64,000 nucleotides of DNA from a virus (IMGVR_UViG_2924769383_000001:2059-66058), one strand, 5' to 3'. Shown: positions 1-9,212, counted from the first letter of the stretch. Program-made: numbers and translations. Notes: generated by a model not told the origin, from the letters alone.

Positions 1-49
1 GCATCCGCCAGCCGGCCTTGCGCGAAAGCTGAACTCTGACAGGTGTCAT
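1..49 (-). CDS. 5' end of a gene running off the window, DUF4326-like N-terminus
   Basis: ATG at 49 overlaps stop of 46..318; translates MTPVRVQLSRKAGWRM, resembling the DUF4326 N-terminus. Confidence 0.5.
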   Translation of the reverse strand, partial: MTPVRVQLSRKAGWRM

Positions 50-318
50 GCTGCACCTGCCTTGGAGGCGCGAAGGCGCTCAACCACGAGGCGGACCTCT
101 TCCGGCACAAGCATCAGGAAGTCTGTCGAGACTTCATCAGACAGTCCGGCTCCGACATTGCGTCCGCAGGCGATCAGCGCTTTCCGCAGATGGGCTATCT
201 CCTCATGGGAGGAGGCGAGGGATGCCTCAGCGCGTTTTGCACGCGACTGCTGTTTTATGGCAGCCTCTATCCACTTGTCGCGTTGGATATGTAATTCTTT
301 GATGGTGTCCGCGCTCAT
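46..318 (-). CDS. Hypothetical coiled-coil phage protein
   Basis: 90-aa ORF coupled by ATGA overlap to upstream gene; ends GAA. Confidence 0.7.
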   Translation of the reverse strand: MSADTIKELHIQRDKWIEAAIKQQSRAKRAEASLASSHEEIAHLRKALIACGRNVGAGLSDEVSTDFLMLVPEEVRLVVERLRASKAGAA

Positions 319-644
319 TCTGGCTTTCTCCCAGAGGTGAGGGCGAGACGGCCGAGGTCATCGACCCGGAATCCGTTTGTGATCTGGTCTCCGTCGTGAC
401 GAAGCGCGATGTTCCAGTCCTGCTTCCTGTGATCCCAGATGATGCCAATGACCTCGCCGACAACACCTGACCACTCTTCGTCAGCCCATTCGTGGTGTGA
501 TTCAATTTTCACAAGATCGCCGAGACTAAACCTCATGCCATCTTCAATCTGCGCTTCTGTCAGCCTCATGGCAGCGATCCTTGCGGGGCGGCGGACTGCG
601 GCTCGGGGATTGCTTCGTATGGCATCCACCATCGGGGCGACCAC
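315..644 (-). CDS. Hypothetical protein, SH3/KOW-like (true start probably near 570)
   Basis: FSLGDLVKI...GVVGEVIGI motif; overlap-coupled to neighbours. Confidence 0.6.
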   Translation of the reverse strand: MVAPMVDAIRSNPRAAVRRPARIAAMRLTEAQIEDGMRFSLGDLVKIESHHEWADEEWSGVVGEVIGIIWDHRKQDWNIALRHDGDQITNGFRVDDLGRLALTSGRKPE

Positions 645-1294
645 ATCTCGTCTTCGTCGTCAGCTTGAACCCAACCGGATTCGTAATCGTCTGGGTCGCC
701 ACCTTCACGTTCCGCCCATTCCTCGGCAGCCGCCCAACGAACAGCCCTGATTCCTGTCTGCTTAAGCCAAGCCCAAATGATCTGGCCATCCTTCGGCGCC
801 GTTTCAATCGGCTGCCATCCCTCCGCAGGGGGAAGGGTAGTGTGGTCGAGGGCGGATAGGATGCGTGCTTCGAAGTCGGCTTGGGCCGCTGCTTTGGCTT
901 CGCCTTGGGTGGCGAAGTGGCCCAAACTATCCAACGGGGACCAGCAACAATACGGCGTTTCAGCCATGTCGTCATCTTCATCGAGATCGATGGTATAGTC
1001 TCCAAACGGACATTCAGCAGTGCCTGCACGCTCAGCAGTGCCTGCACGCCAAGTCAGCGCCTTCACCGCTAGTTCTCCCTGTGTGGGGGAAGCGGATAGC
1101 GATAGGGCTACTCGAATGCTCTCGGCTTGCTCCTGAGCATCACGGAACAATTCCATCAACGCGCCATCAGGGTCGGGGTGATTGCTGCCCGACATAGCAA
1201 CACCAAGTGTGACGCCTTGGACTTTGCCGAGAAAGTCGTAAGCTTCTCGGAGCGCCTCTGTCACGCCCTTGGCGGTTACACGGAGGGCCGTCAC
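566..1294 (-). CDS. Mosaic hypothetical protein with C-terminal DUF551-like domain
   Basis: GWQPIETAPKDG motif and P.WWMP tail typical of DUF551-type phage domains. Confidence 0.7.
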   Translation of the reverse strand: MTALRVTAKGVTEALREAYDFLGKVQGVTLGVAMSGSNHPDPDGALMELFRDAQEQAESIRVALSLSASPTQGELAVKALTWRAGTAERAGTAECPFGDYTIDLDEDDDMAETPYCCWSPLDSLGHFATQGEAKAAAQADFEARILSALDHTTLPPAEGWQPIETAPKDGQIIWAWLKQTGIRAVRWAAAEEWAEREGGDPDDYESGWVQADDEDEMWSPRWWMPYEAIPEPQSAAPQGSLP

Positions 1295-2217
1295 AGCGCC
1301 TCCCCCTCTCCCTTGGGAGCGGAAAGGGCGGCTTCAAGCAGGTCGCGAGATGGGGCTTGCGCAGGCCACGAATGGCCCCAGTGGTACCGCTCGGCAACCT
1401 CGCGGTACTTCTCTTGGAACGCCGCCACCATCGCGTCCGAGATCACCGTCCCCGTGGGAGCTACGGCTTCCGGGGCGGGTGCCTTGAGGGCGGTGTCGAT
1501 AGCAGCAACCGCATGCGCCGTGTCGCAGCCAGTAATGATGCTCTCGCGAGCGGCTATCAAAGCCTGCACAAGCGCATCCGTTACCCTCGCTTCGGAGACA
1601 GTAGGGCATGCGTAGAGCGGGACATCAAAGCCGGGTTCCGCAGTCTTCGACGCGGGGATGGCGTTGCATGGACCGTCGATATCGCGCTGCCGAATATAAG
1701 CAATCACTCCCTCGCCAGCGGGTTTGGGCGCGAGGGCGGCCAAGCGAGTGCGCGTGCTTTCCCATGGCTCGTTTGCGATGCCGCGTACTGGCTTCCTGTC
1801 GAGTATGTCGTTGACCAGTTTGCAGAACACGGTCGCAGTATGGTCATGACCTCGCCACCACGCGGGATGCGCTCCATCCGTCGCGTCGAGTTCGGGGTCA
1901 TCCACCGCCGCTGTCGGGGCGGGCGGGGCGGCTACGAGAGCGGAGCGGAGTGATGCGAAGCGTCCTGCAAATTCCCTCAACTCGGATGGCCAGTAGTTTG
2001 GTCCGATCGGCTCGCTGTCCTGCTCTGCGTCGGTCGCCTCACCGTCCCGTAGGGCGGAGAGGGCGCACCATAGCGCCTCAATGTCGTGTTTGGCGTCGAT
2101 CAGGGCATATTCGACTTGGGCGACGGACCCGGCAGCTACCGCAACTGGAACCATGTTGCGCCACTGGTCCATCGACCGAACCATGCCTTGAACTCGGTTC
2201 TTCGCATCCTGGGTCAT
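1291..2217 (-). CDS. Hypothetical mosaic phage protein
   Basis: 308-aa ORF, ATGA-coupled on both sides; HPAWWRG motif common in phage accessory proteins. Confidence 0.7.
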   Translation of the reverse strand: MTQDAKNRVQGMVRSMDQWRNMVPVAVAAGSVAQVEYALIDAKHDIEALWCALSALRDGEATDAEQDSEPIGPNYWPSELREFAGRFASLRSALVAAPPAPTAAVDDPELDATDGAHPAWWRGHDHTATVFCKLVNDILDRKPVRGIANEPWESTRTRLAALAPKPAGEGVIAYIRQRDIDGPCNAIPASKTAEPGFDVPLYACPTVSEARVTDALVQALIAARESIITGCDTAHAVAAIDTALKAPAPEAVAPTGTVISDAMVAAFQEKYREVAERYHWGHSWPAQAPSRDLLEAALSAPKGEGEAL

Positions 2218-2447
2218 GTACGGGATCCTTTCGAGCGCTCGGCAAGCATGGCGTCGGCTTGCGCTCGCCGGCCGTAAATGTCGCAGCGGCGGATTTCCTT
2301 GGCGCCAAGCTCGTGCTTCAGGCGGCGGACATTGACGCCGTGCCAGTCGCAGCGAATGACCTTGCCGTCCGCGACATACAGGTAGTCGGCATAAACCGGA
2401 TAATCGTCTTCCAAAATCGGTTCGTGCAGTTCTCTGGTCTTGTTCAT
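2214..2447 (-). CDS. Hypothetical protein
   Basis: 77-aa ORF, coupled to 1291..2217. Confidence 0.7.
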   Translation of the reverse strand: MNKTRELHEPILEDDYPVYADYLYVADGKVIRCDWHGVNVRRLKHELGAKEIRRCDIYGRRAQADAMLAERSKGSRT

Positions 2448-2495
2448 GTCGTTGTCCTCGATGCGTAGATGAGCTTGGGAGCGAGAGGTGCGGTA

Positions 2496-2708
2496 TTAAG
2501 CCGCCACCCTACGTCCCTTACCCGGCACGTTGTCATTAGCCGCAAGCCGCAAGCGGCGGGCCATGCCAGTCGACCAGGCTTCCCCCTTGGCACCATAGTA
2601 GTTGGCGATATTGCGCGCCGTCTGTGGATCGATGTTTGGGTCTATGGCGTTGAACGTGCCGCCTTCGCAGTATGGGCCGATGCCGTTGTAGTCGTTGTTG
2701 TCGTTCAT
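2496..2708 (-). CDS. Small protein ending in ssrA-like tag
   Basis: SD GAGGAGAG upstream; C-terminus AANDNVPGKGRRVAA. Confidence 0.8.
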   Translation of the reverse strand: MNDNNDYNGIGPYCEGGTFNAIDPNIDPQTARNIANYYGAKGEAWSTGMARRLRLAANDNVPGKGRRVAA

Positions 2709-2762
2709 TGTGTCTCTCCTCTGGTTGCGGGTTATTGCTGCGCAATAAGCGGCAAGGGCTAG

Positions 2763-2948
2763 CTAGATTGCTGGCATCTCGAACCGGCAGCCGCGCAACC
2801 AACCCACTATGCTGCGCTCGCCTACGACCACAGCATAAAAGCCAAGATCGATAAGCCGCTCTTGCGCGTTGATGGCCGGTATGTTGCCGCACCGCCAGAA
2901 TCTGGCTATGCGGTCAGCGTTGTTGATTGTGTCGATGAGGGTAGCCAT
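2763..2948 (-). CDS. Hypothetical protein
   Basis: ATG at 2948 (MATLIDTINNADR...) overlaps stop of upstream ORF. Confidence 0.6.
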   Translation of the reverse strand: MATLIDTINNADRIARFWRCGNIPAINAQERLIDLGFYAVVVGERSIVGWLRGCRFEMPAI

Positions 2949-3127
2949 TAGCGCGCACCTACGCGTTGCCGCCAAGCGGTCTCGCCGTGCTGCTCAATGA
3001 AATTCTCGAGCCTGTCGGCAAGCGCACTGAACAGCAGCGCTGTTTGCTTCTTGCCGTGCGACTTCTCGCATCCGCGTGCCAGTTCGGTTATGGCGCGCAA
3101 CTCGGCTTCGGCTTGTTGGTTGATCAT
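2948..3127 (-). CDS. Hypothetical 59-aa protein (below ORF-track cutoff)
   Basis: Read manually: MINQQAEAELRAITELARGCEKSHGKKQ...VGAR*. Confidence 0.55.
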   Translation of the reverse strand: MINQQAEAELRAITELARGCEKSHGKKQTALLFSALADRLENFIEQHGETAWRQRVGAR

Positions 3128-3372
3128 GACACACCAGCCGCAACACAGATAACGCCGACCGCAAAGCAGGCCAAGACAATGCCAGCCATAACCGCCTGCG
3201 GGAAGCTTACGGATGACTCCTTGCGGTGCATCTGTCGGGCATATGCACTCCCATTGACCATGAAGGAGCGGCGGGGGTCGCGCCCAACAAAAAGCCCGCC
3301 GTGTGCCAACAGCGGGCTGCTAGTGTTCCTGTCCATGCGAATCTCCTAACGACATTGCGTTAGGAGCATCAA

Positions 3373-3388
3373 TAGGCGCTTTCGCCTA
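3373..3388. promoter_or_regulatory. 16-bp operator overlapping leftward promoter
   Basis: TAGGCG-CTTT-CGCCTA perfect 6-bp inverted repeat; TTGACT on minus strand at 3392-3397. Confidence 0.8.
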
Positions 3389-3430
3389 ATTAGTCAACAA
3401 CATAATATAAAAACGCCTACCGCCGCCTAC

Positions 3431-4258
3431 CTACTGCTCACGCCGGGGCTTGCGGCCTGCATTCTTCGCAATTACGCGCACGCGCTCACGCGAAAGGCCG
3501 TGGCTTTCGGCGATAGACGACAATGACTCGCCGTTATCAAAACGGGCCAATATATCCCTATGTCTGTCGTCGCCCTTCTTGGTGACGCTCTCGGCGCGAC
3601 GCGGCCTTGTAATGAACGAAGCCTGCACAATGCCGGTAATGGTTACTTCTTCCGCGCCGCCATATTGCAGCGGCGCCTGATGCTGTGGGTCTGACGAGCG
3701 AGGCCACAGCCAGCGAACACCGTCTTCGCCGAGAACGTATTCTTTCAGGGATGCCTCGACCAAGCCTTGGCGGTCCCGCCGCGTGACAATTACGTGGTCG
3801 CCATGCACAGGCCGCAGGCCGTTCGCAATCGTCGCAGCTACGAATACCACGGCACCATCTGGATAGTAGTTATTCATCGACGTGCCACGTACGATATAGC
3901 CCTGTAGCGGGTAGCCGGGCATGTCTGGATCCAAAAGGGCAGGAACCTTGTATTGGTCGTCGTGGTCCCACTCGATAGCCTCCCGCCAGTCGCCTGCACA
4001 AAGCTCGCCGACAACAGTGACCATCCTTGCCCGAACATCGTCCGGCTCGACCGGCTCGACGCCCACCCACTCGCCATAGGCGACGCCAGCCAGGTCGGCC
4101 AGCTTCATGTTGGGTTCACGCTTCGGCTCCTGCACACCCCGCTCGTACTTAGACACGGTGGATTGATCGACGCCGATTTTGGCGCTCAACTCTTTTTGGT
4201 CGATCCCAAGCCTCGCACGGAGCGCTTTGATTTTTTCAGCCATGCTTTCCATGGACAT
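3431..4258 (-). CDS. CI-like repressor: XRE HTH + S24 autopeptidase + extra C-terminal HTH
   Basis: IKALRARLGIDQKELSAKIGVDQSTVSKYERG; GTSMN Ser and ASLKEY Lys of S24; tail GESLSSIAESHGLSRERVRVI. Confidence 0.9.
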   Translation of the reverse strand: MSMESMAEKIKALRARLGIDQKELSAKIGVDQSTVSKYERGVQEPKREPNMKLADLAGVAYGEWVGVEPVEPDDVRARMVTVVGELCAGDWREAIEWDHDDQYKVPALLDPDMPGYPLQGYIVRGTSMNNYYPDGAVVFVAATIANGLRPVHGDHVIVTRRDRQGLVEASLKEYVLGEDGVRWLWPRSSDPQHQAPLQYGGAEEVTITGIVQASFITRPRRAESVTKKGDDRHRDILARFDNGESLSSIAESHGLSRERVRVIAKNAGRKPRREQ

Positions 4259-4311
4259 TCCTCATTTTGTTTTCAGCCCGCTTTTGCGGCGCCGCTACCC
4301 GATTCGCCATA

Positions 4312-4476
4312 TATGCGAAAGCGCCTATTTAAGCAATACAAATAGAATAAAACGCCTTTGGTTCCATTCACGCTTAGTTAATTTCTGAAACTGACTGGCC
4401 GCGGCGCGGCTTTTTGCGGTGCCGTAGGCGGTTTCGCATATCGCTGGTTGACATACAAGGCGAAAACGCCTACAAC
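4312..4476. promoter_or_regulatory. Divergent switch region with three operators and rightward sigma70-type promoter
   Basis: TATGCGAAAGCGCCTA 4312-4327, TAGGCGGTTTCGCATA 4425-4440, AAGGCGAAAACGCCTA 4457-4472; TTGACA 4448-4453, 17 nt, TACAAC. Confidence 0.8.
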
Positions 4477-4536
4477 TGGAATTGCGGTTAACGAGTCGCT
4501 TTGTTCTGACCGCCAGGAACCAAGGAAACCAATCAA

Positions 4537-4809
4537 ATGAACAAGACTGGGCGAGCCCGCTTGATGCGGGCCGAGGGGATGTCTTTTGCCGGGATTGCAA
4601 GAGACTTGGGAGTTGGATTGCAATGGGCTTACAAAATGGCCGGTGACGTTCTCTGCAATAACGACAATTCAGCCGTTCGCGGCGCGGAACTGAAGCCTAC
4701 CGCTCAGACGGTGGTCCGCCATGGCGCGATCAACGGCGGATGCTCAACGCAATCCGGCCTCATCGCAATTTCAATGCCGCGGATTACCGCGCTTCACGGT
4801 GCAGCATGA
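4537..4809 (+). CDS. HTH protein, Cro position
   Basis: RAEGMSFAGIARDLGVGLQWAYK HTH; first gene after rightward promoter; contains NNDN, ends GAA. Confidence 0.75.
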   Translation: MNKTGRARLMRAEGMSFAGIARDLGVGLQWAYKMAGDVLCNNDNSAVRGAELKPTAQTVVRHGAINGGCSTQSGLIAISMPRITALHGAA

Positions 4810-5006
4810 GCGCGGCGGGAGATAAGCCGCAGGTGGCCCTTGGCGCCACGGTAGTGCTTGAGGGTGTCGTGGTTGGCGTAACCAAGTTCCAAGACAGGCG
4901 CGACACCTACCTTGTGCAGTTCAAGCGTAAGGGGCGCTCATTCGAGGACTGGTTCTTCCTCGAAGACCTTGATGTTTTCACAGAGCAGGATGGGACCGGC
5001 ATATGA
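4806..5006 (+). CDS. Small SH3-like hypothetical protein
   Basis: ATG at 4806 overlapping upstream stop; GVVVG...YLVQF...EDWF, similar to next gene. Confidence 0.6.
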   Translation: MSAAGDKPQVALGATVVLEGVVVGVTKFQDRRDTYLVQFKRKGRSFEDWFFLEDLDVFTEQDGTGI

Positions 5007-5209
5007 TCGGCGGAAGGTGCAGAATTCTACTAGGCGAGTACGACGGCAATGTCGTCGGTAAGCGGACCTATATCGGCGAGGCAGACCGTTACGCGGTTCG
5101 CTACTTGGACGATAGCGGGCCGCAGGAACGCTGGTTCCAGGCGCATGAGATTTCATTCGATGGCCGCGAGGCCGAAGGCAATGTGGTGGATTTTAGGAGG
5201 ACGGCATGA
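5003..5209 (+). CDS. Small SH3-like hypothetical protein, probable paralog of 4806..5006
   Basis: GNVVG...YAVRY...ERWF pattern. Confidence 0.65.
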   Translation: MIGGRCRILLGEYDGNVVGKRTYIGEADRYAVRYLDDSGPQERWFQAHEISFDGREAEGNVVDFRRTA

Positions 5210-6687
5210 ATATGCATGTGAAGGCGGAGCTTAAGCTGGAAGCCGGTAAGTCCTATCGCGGCAAGTCTGGCGCAATTCATCGCGTCGAGACGAACGACAA
5301 TTCTGCGTGGCCGTTCAAGACTGCCGACGAAGACCTTGGCGTTAGCCGCTTTTGGAAGATCGACGGCAGCGGGTACAATACCGATGGCTGGAATAGCCGC
5401 GCAATGATCGGCGAAGATCTTGTCGAACTCGCCCCGCGCTTCTCCGTTGGTGACAAGGTGCGTCGTATCAATTTCGACAACAACCCTGTGATGCGTGTTG
5501 GCACTGAATGGATCGTGTCTGGATTCAAGAAGTATCGCGGTGATGACTACCTGGTCTTTCACGGCGGAAGCGACGGAAACGTCAATAATTTCGAACTTGT
5601 ATCTCCCGCCACCTACACCTCCTGCGCCGCAGCCGAAGTCGACAACCCGGCCGACGAGTATGGTGGCGGGAAGAAGTTCAAGGTTGAAGCAGGAAAATCC
5701 TATATCGGTGACGATGGCAAGACGTATGGGCCGCTAAAGGATTACGATTTCGCCGCTGGCCCCTTCATAATCGAACTCGGCGACGGCAACGTTTGGGATG
5801 CTGACGGCAAGTACGGCAAGGGTAATAACATCCGCGTCAACCTCGTTGCCGTTGCGCCAGCAACCGCAACCACATCGTCGGTAAGCGCGCTCCGCATCCA
5901 GCCAGGGCGCTACTACAAGACGCGCGACGGGCGGAAGGTCGGGCCGATGGAAGCGCGCGATGCCTGCGGCAGTAAATACGTGTGGCAATACGATTATGGA
6001 CGTCGCATCTTCCTGCCGGACGGGACCAACTTCGCCGGCCCTAATTCACCGGAAGACCTCATCGCCGAATGGCAGGACGAGCCAGCCGCAGCCGGGTTCA
6101 AAGTGGGGGATCGGGTAGAGAACGTCATTCCCGGCAACGATTACGACATGCTTGGCACAGTCACGGCACTTAAGGGTGAGGCATATCGAGTTCGGTGGGA
6201 CGGCCATTCAAGCGACGAAGGTCTGTCTTGGCGCCCGAACGAATTGCGCCTTGTTGCGTCAGCAACAATCGGCAATCGACCAACCACCATCGCCGACATC
6301 GTGCGCAAGCACAGCGGCAAGGCAGTCGTCATGCTTATCGAGGACGGCCAGCCGAAGCCTTCAACCCTGCCGTTTGTTCACTCTTCTCAGAGCGCAGCCG
6401 CGACCGAGGCCAGCCGCCTTGCTGGCATCAACAAGGGCAAGGAGTTCGGCGTCTACGTGTGCGTCGACGTGAAGAAGGTGGAAAAGACGTATGAGCACGA
6501 ATGGCAGCGGTTGGCGGCGCGGGGTAGCAAGATACCGGCAATCAAGGCTTACCGTGATGCAGGTGGCAAGCGGCAGACCTTCGTCGCGGCCGAATGGGGC
6601 TTCCCGGCACGTTATGAAGATCACCACGTCATTGGCCTAAAGGAAGCCAAGGACGCCGTAGAGCACTGGCTGGCCACAGCCGCATAA
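5206..6687 (+). CDS. Modular repeat protein with C-terminal ribosomal L7/L12-CTD-like motif
   Basis: Repeats xxxGKSY/GRYY and F(S/K)VGD(K/R)V; KIPAIKAYR...IGLKEAKDAVE near C-terminus. Confidence 0.8.
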   Translation: MNMHVKAELKLEAGKSYRGKSGAIHRVETNDNSAWPFKTADEDLGVSRFWKIDGSGYNTDGWNSRAMIGEDLVELAPRFSVGDKVRRINFDNNPVMRVGTEWIVSGFKKYRGDDYLVFHGGSDGNVNNFELVSPATYTSCAAAEVDNPADEYGGGKKFKVEAGKSYIGDDGKTYGPLKDYDFAAGPFIIELGDGNVWDADGKYGKGNNIRVNLVAVAPATATTSSVSALRIQPGRYYKTRDGRKVGPMEARDACGSKYVWQYDYGRRIFLPDGTNFAGPNSPEDLIAEWQDEPAAAGFKVGDRVENVIPGNDYDMLGTVTALKGEAYRVRWDGHSSDEGLSWRPNELRLVASATIGNRPTTIADIVRKHSGKAVVMLIEDGQPKPSTLPFVHSSQSAAATEASRLAGINKGKEFGVYVCVDVKKVEKTYEHEWQRLAARGSKIPAIKAYRDAGGKRQTFVAAEWGFPARYEDHHVIGLKEAKDAVEHWLATAA

Positions 6688-6748
6688 CCCACCACCACCC
6701 GCACACCAACAACCCTGCTGCACGCTGTGCAGCAGGCAGGAGGGACTT

Positions 6749-6958
6749 ATGTCAACAATCAACGGAACGCTGCGCAACGCGCGCATGATCTTCGACGGTG
6801 ACTCGCGCTGCCCTTGCCTTCGCGGCGAGGTTTACGGCGACACCAAGGGGCGGTTCGCGGACGGAACACCCATCACCACTAGCCGCTTAAAGGCACAGGA
6901 GGATGGCCTTGTCTTCCACACCACCTTTAGCGTCTACAAAGTGGAGTCGTGGGCATGA
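6749..6958 (+). CDS. Conserved small phage protein
   Basis: SD GGAGGG; GEVYGDTKGRFADGTPITTS motif. Confidence 0.75.
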   Translation: MSTINGTLRNARMIFDGDSRCPCLRGEVYGDTKGRFADGTPITTSRLKAQEDGLVFHTTFSVYKVESWA

Positions 6959-7146
6959 CCTATCACGACCAGCACGACCCCGAACTGCACGGCGCACCGC
7001 CCGACACCATCCCGCCAGCCGCGCAGCGCTACATGGCGGTGTGGCTGACTATCGCCATTGTCATCCTGCCGCTTGCCGTGTGGTGGCTGCTATGACCCGC
7101 TCACTGCCACCGGCCTGGTTGCTTGGCCTTATCGTACTGACACTCA

Positions 7147-7971
7147 TTGCAGCATGGAGCATTCACATTGGCTATTAGTCTTTCATCCTTGAAGTCCACC
7201 GTCGAGGTGTCGGCAAGCCGCGCACCAATCGTGCTTGTCTATGGCATCGACGGTATTGGAAAAACCAGTTTCGCCGCCGAATTCCCATCGCCGCTGTATG
7301 TACCCACGGCTGGCGAGCGCGCGCCGTCTGACATCGACATGGCAACGCCCGGCACCATCGAAACCATTGACGATCTCTGGAACGTCATCGGCGAGTTGAT
7401 GGCCGGCGACCATGAATTCAAGACGCTCATTATCGACAGCATGGATGGGCTGGAGCCTATCATGAACGGCGTTACCTGCGCGCGTATTGGAGCGGCTTCG
7501 ATCGATGACAACAGCCAGGGATCCCCCGCAGCCTTCGGGCGAGGTGACGTGGCGTCTGACGTCGAGTGGGCGCAATTTATGGACGCCTGTGACGATCTGG
7601 CTGAGGCTGGCATTTCAGTTGTGCTTGTTGCGCACCCTGAAATCAAGCGCTTCGATAGTCCGGTTACGGATCCTTACGACCGCTATCAAGTGAAGCTCCG
7701 CAAGCGAGCGGCCGCACTTCTTAGGGAGCGTTCCGACATCGTAGCCTTCATGAACACGCGTGTTTCGCTCAAGTCCAAGACTGTCGCCCCCAAGAAGGAC
7801 GTCACACACGCTGAGGGCGGCAAGGAGCGCCAAATCCACCTGACCGAGGCGGCGGGCTTTATGGCCAAGTCGCGTTATCCGACGCCAGACACAATCGTCT
7901 ACAAAAAGGGACAGGGATACGCCGAGTTGGCGAAGTACTTGCCGCAAGGCCAGGAGGCGCCGACCGAATAG
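7147..7971 (+). CDS. Sak4/AAA_24 P-loop ATPase (recombination)
   Basis: YGIDGIGKTSFA Walker A, TLIIDSMD Walker B, VVLVAH, AKSR motifs. Confidence 0.9.
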   Translation: MQHGAFTLAISLSSLKSTVEVSASRAPIVLVYGIDGIGKTSFAAEFPSPLYVPTAGERAPSDIDMATPGTIETIDDLWNVIGELMAGDHEFKTLIIDSMDGLEPIMNGVTCARIGAASIDDNSQGSPAAFGRGDVASDVEWAQFMDACDDLAEAGISVVLVAHPEIKRFDSPVTDPYDRYQVKLRKRAAALLRERSDIVAFMNTRVSLKSKTVAPKKDVTHAEGGKERQIHLTEAAGFMAKSRYPTPDTIVYKKGQGYAELAKYLPQGQEAPTE

Positions 7972-8016
7972 GCTTCCTTTTCCCCGCACCACCATCCGAC
8001 CAACAAGGAATCAATC

Positions 8017-8637
8017 ATGGCCAAATTCGGCGTATCAATTGCAGTCACTGAAGAGAGCACAGAGCAGCGCGGCGAGTACGACAATCTCCCAAATGGCGTA
8101 TATCGCCTTGAGATCAGCGCGGCAGAAGTTAAGCGTAAGAACGAGGGCACGCAGCAAGAGGCGTCTGGCTTCAAATGCACCTTTGACGTGGTAGACCCAG
8201 AAGACCTGCGCGGACGCAAGGTGTTCGGCTACTACAATCTCAGCAACCCGTCAGCGCAAGCGCAGGAGATCGGCCAGAAGCAGTTTTCGCAGCTGCGTCG
8301 TGCCTTGGGTTTCGGCGACGTCGATGCCGAGATGGAAGAGCAGGACGTCATTGATGAAATGCGCCTGGTACCATTCGTTGCCACCATCGGCATGGGCAAG
8401 GTCCAGTACGAGAAAAAGCCGAATGGCGAAATCGTCAAAGACGCCGCTGGAAATCCAGTCGTTAAGTACGAAGCATCGAACGAAATCAGGCGCTACTGGT
8501 ATCCCGACCTGGACGACGCGCCGCCCATCGGCGTGACCGCCGCAGCGAATGACAACAAGGCTACGGCGAAGGTCGTGGCAAAGCCTGCGACCGTGGAGGC
8601 TAAGCCCGCCGTGGGCAGCAAGCCGTGGAAGCGGTAG
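8017..8637 (+). CDS. DUF669-like ssDNA-binding protein
   Basis: Follows Sak4; LPNGVYRLEI...GRKVF...SNEIRRY; internal AAANDN. Confidence 0.8.
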   Translation: MAKFGVSIAVTEESTEQRGEYDNLPNGVYRLEISAAEVKRKNEGTQQEASGFKCTFDVVDPEDLRGRKVFGYYNLSNPSAQAQEIGQKQFSQLRRALGFGDVDAEMEEQDVIDEMRLVPFVATIGMGKVQYEKKPNGEIVKDAAGNPVVKYEASNEIRRYWYPDLDDAPPIGVTAAANDNKATAKVVAKPATVEAKPAVGSKPWKR

Positions 8638-9212
8638 CAATTATTGCTGGCGGGGATGTGGATGATCCCCGCCAGCATCTTAACTCCAAAGATCAGGCCA
8701 TAACCAATGGAGAGCACATCTACCAAGGCAAGCCGTGCATCTACGGGCACTCTGGCCGACGATATACGGGGAACAACGTATGCGTCGATTGTTCGAAAGA
8801 ACACAGGATAGCGCGTCGGGCCAAATTCCCGAAGGAGCATGCGCAGCGAGAATCCGACTATCGGCAACGTTTCCCTGAAAAAGTCAGGGCGAGGGAGCGG
8901 GACTATCTTAAGAGAAATCCAGACGTAAGACGAAGGAAGAACACAAGCACAAGGGCGCGCCGTGCCGGTGTTCCTGGATCATACACAATGGACGAGGTTC
9001 GGGCCATCTTGAAAAGACAGAACTACAAATGCGTAGAGTGTGGTGTATCTGTCAGAAAGAAGGAAAGTCGCCACGTGGATCACATCATGCCTGTGGCTTT
9101 AGGCGGTCACAATTACGCCACCAACCTGCAAGTCCTGTGTAAGCAATGCAATTTATATAAGGGCGCGAGAGACCCCATAGACTTCGCCAGGATAAAGGGC
9201 CGACTAGTTTAG
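8625..9212 (+). CDS. HNH endonuclease (homing-type)
   Basis: CVECG...HVDHIMPVALGG.NYATNLQVLCKQCN; N-terminal GKPCIYGH..RY..N.CVDC. Confidence 0.9.
   Translation: MEAVAIIAGGDVDDPRQHLNSKDQAITNGEHIYQGKPCIYGHSGRRYTGNNVCVDCSKEHRIARRAKFPKEHAQRESDYRQRFPEKVRARERDYLKRNPDVRRRKNTSTRARRAGVPGSYTMDEVRAILKRQNYKCVECGVSVRKKESRHVDHIMPVALGGHNYATNLQVLCKQCNLYKGARDPIDFARIKGRLV
8643..8675. repeat. Inverted repeat/hairpin at start of HNH insert
   Basis: TGCTGGCGGGGAT-gtggatg-ATCCCCGCCAGCA. Confidence 0.8.

Noticed and set aside
1012-1050. 18-bp tandem duplication (CAGCAGTGCCTGCACGCT/C)
   Set aside because: Only two copies, in-frame in a coding region (AERAGT/AQRAGT-type repeat); no spacers, so not CRISPR.
4325-4623. 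Minus-strand ORFs in the switch region as cro or antirepressor
   Set aside because: They overlap operators and the promoter, lack HTH features and have no SD.
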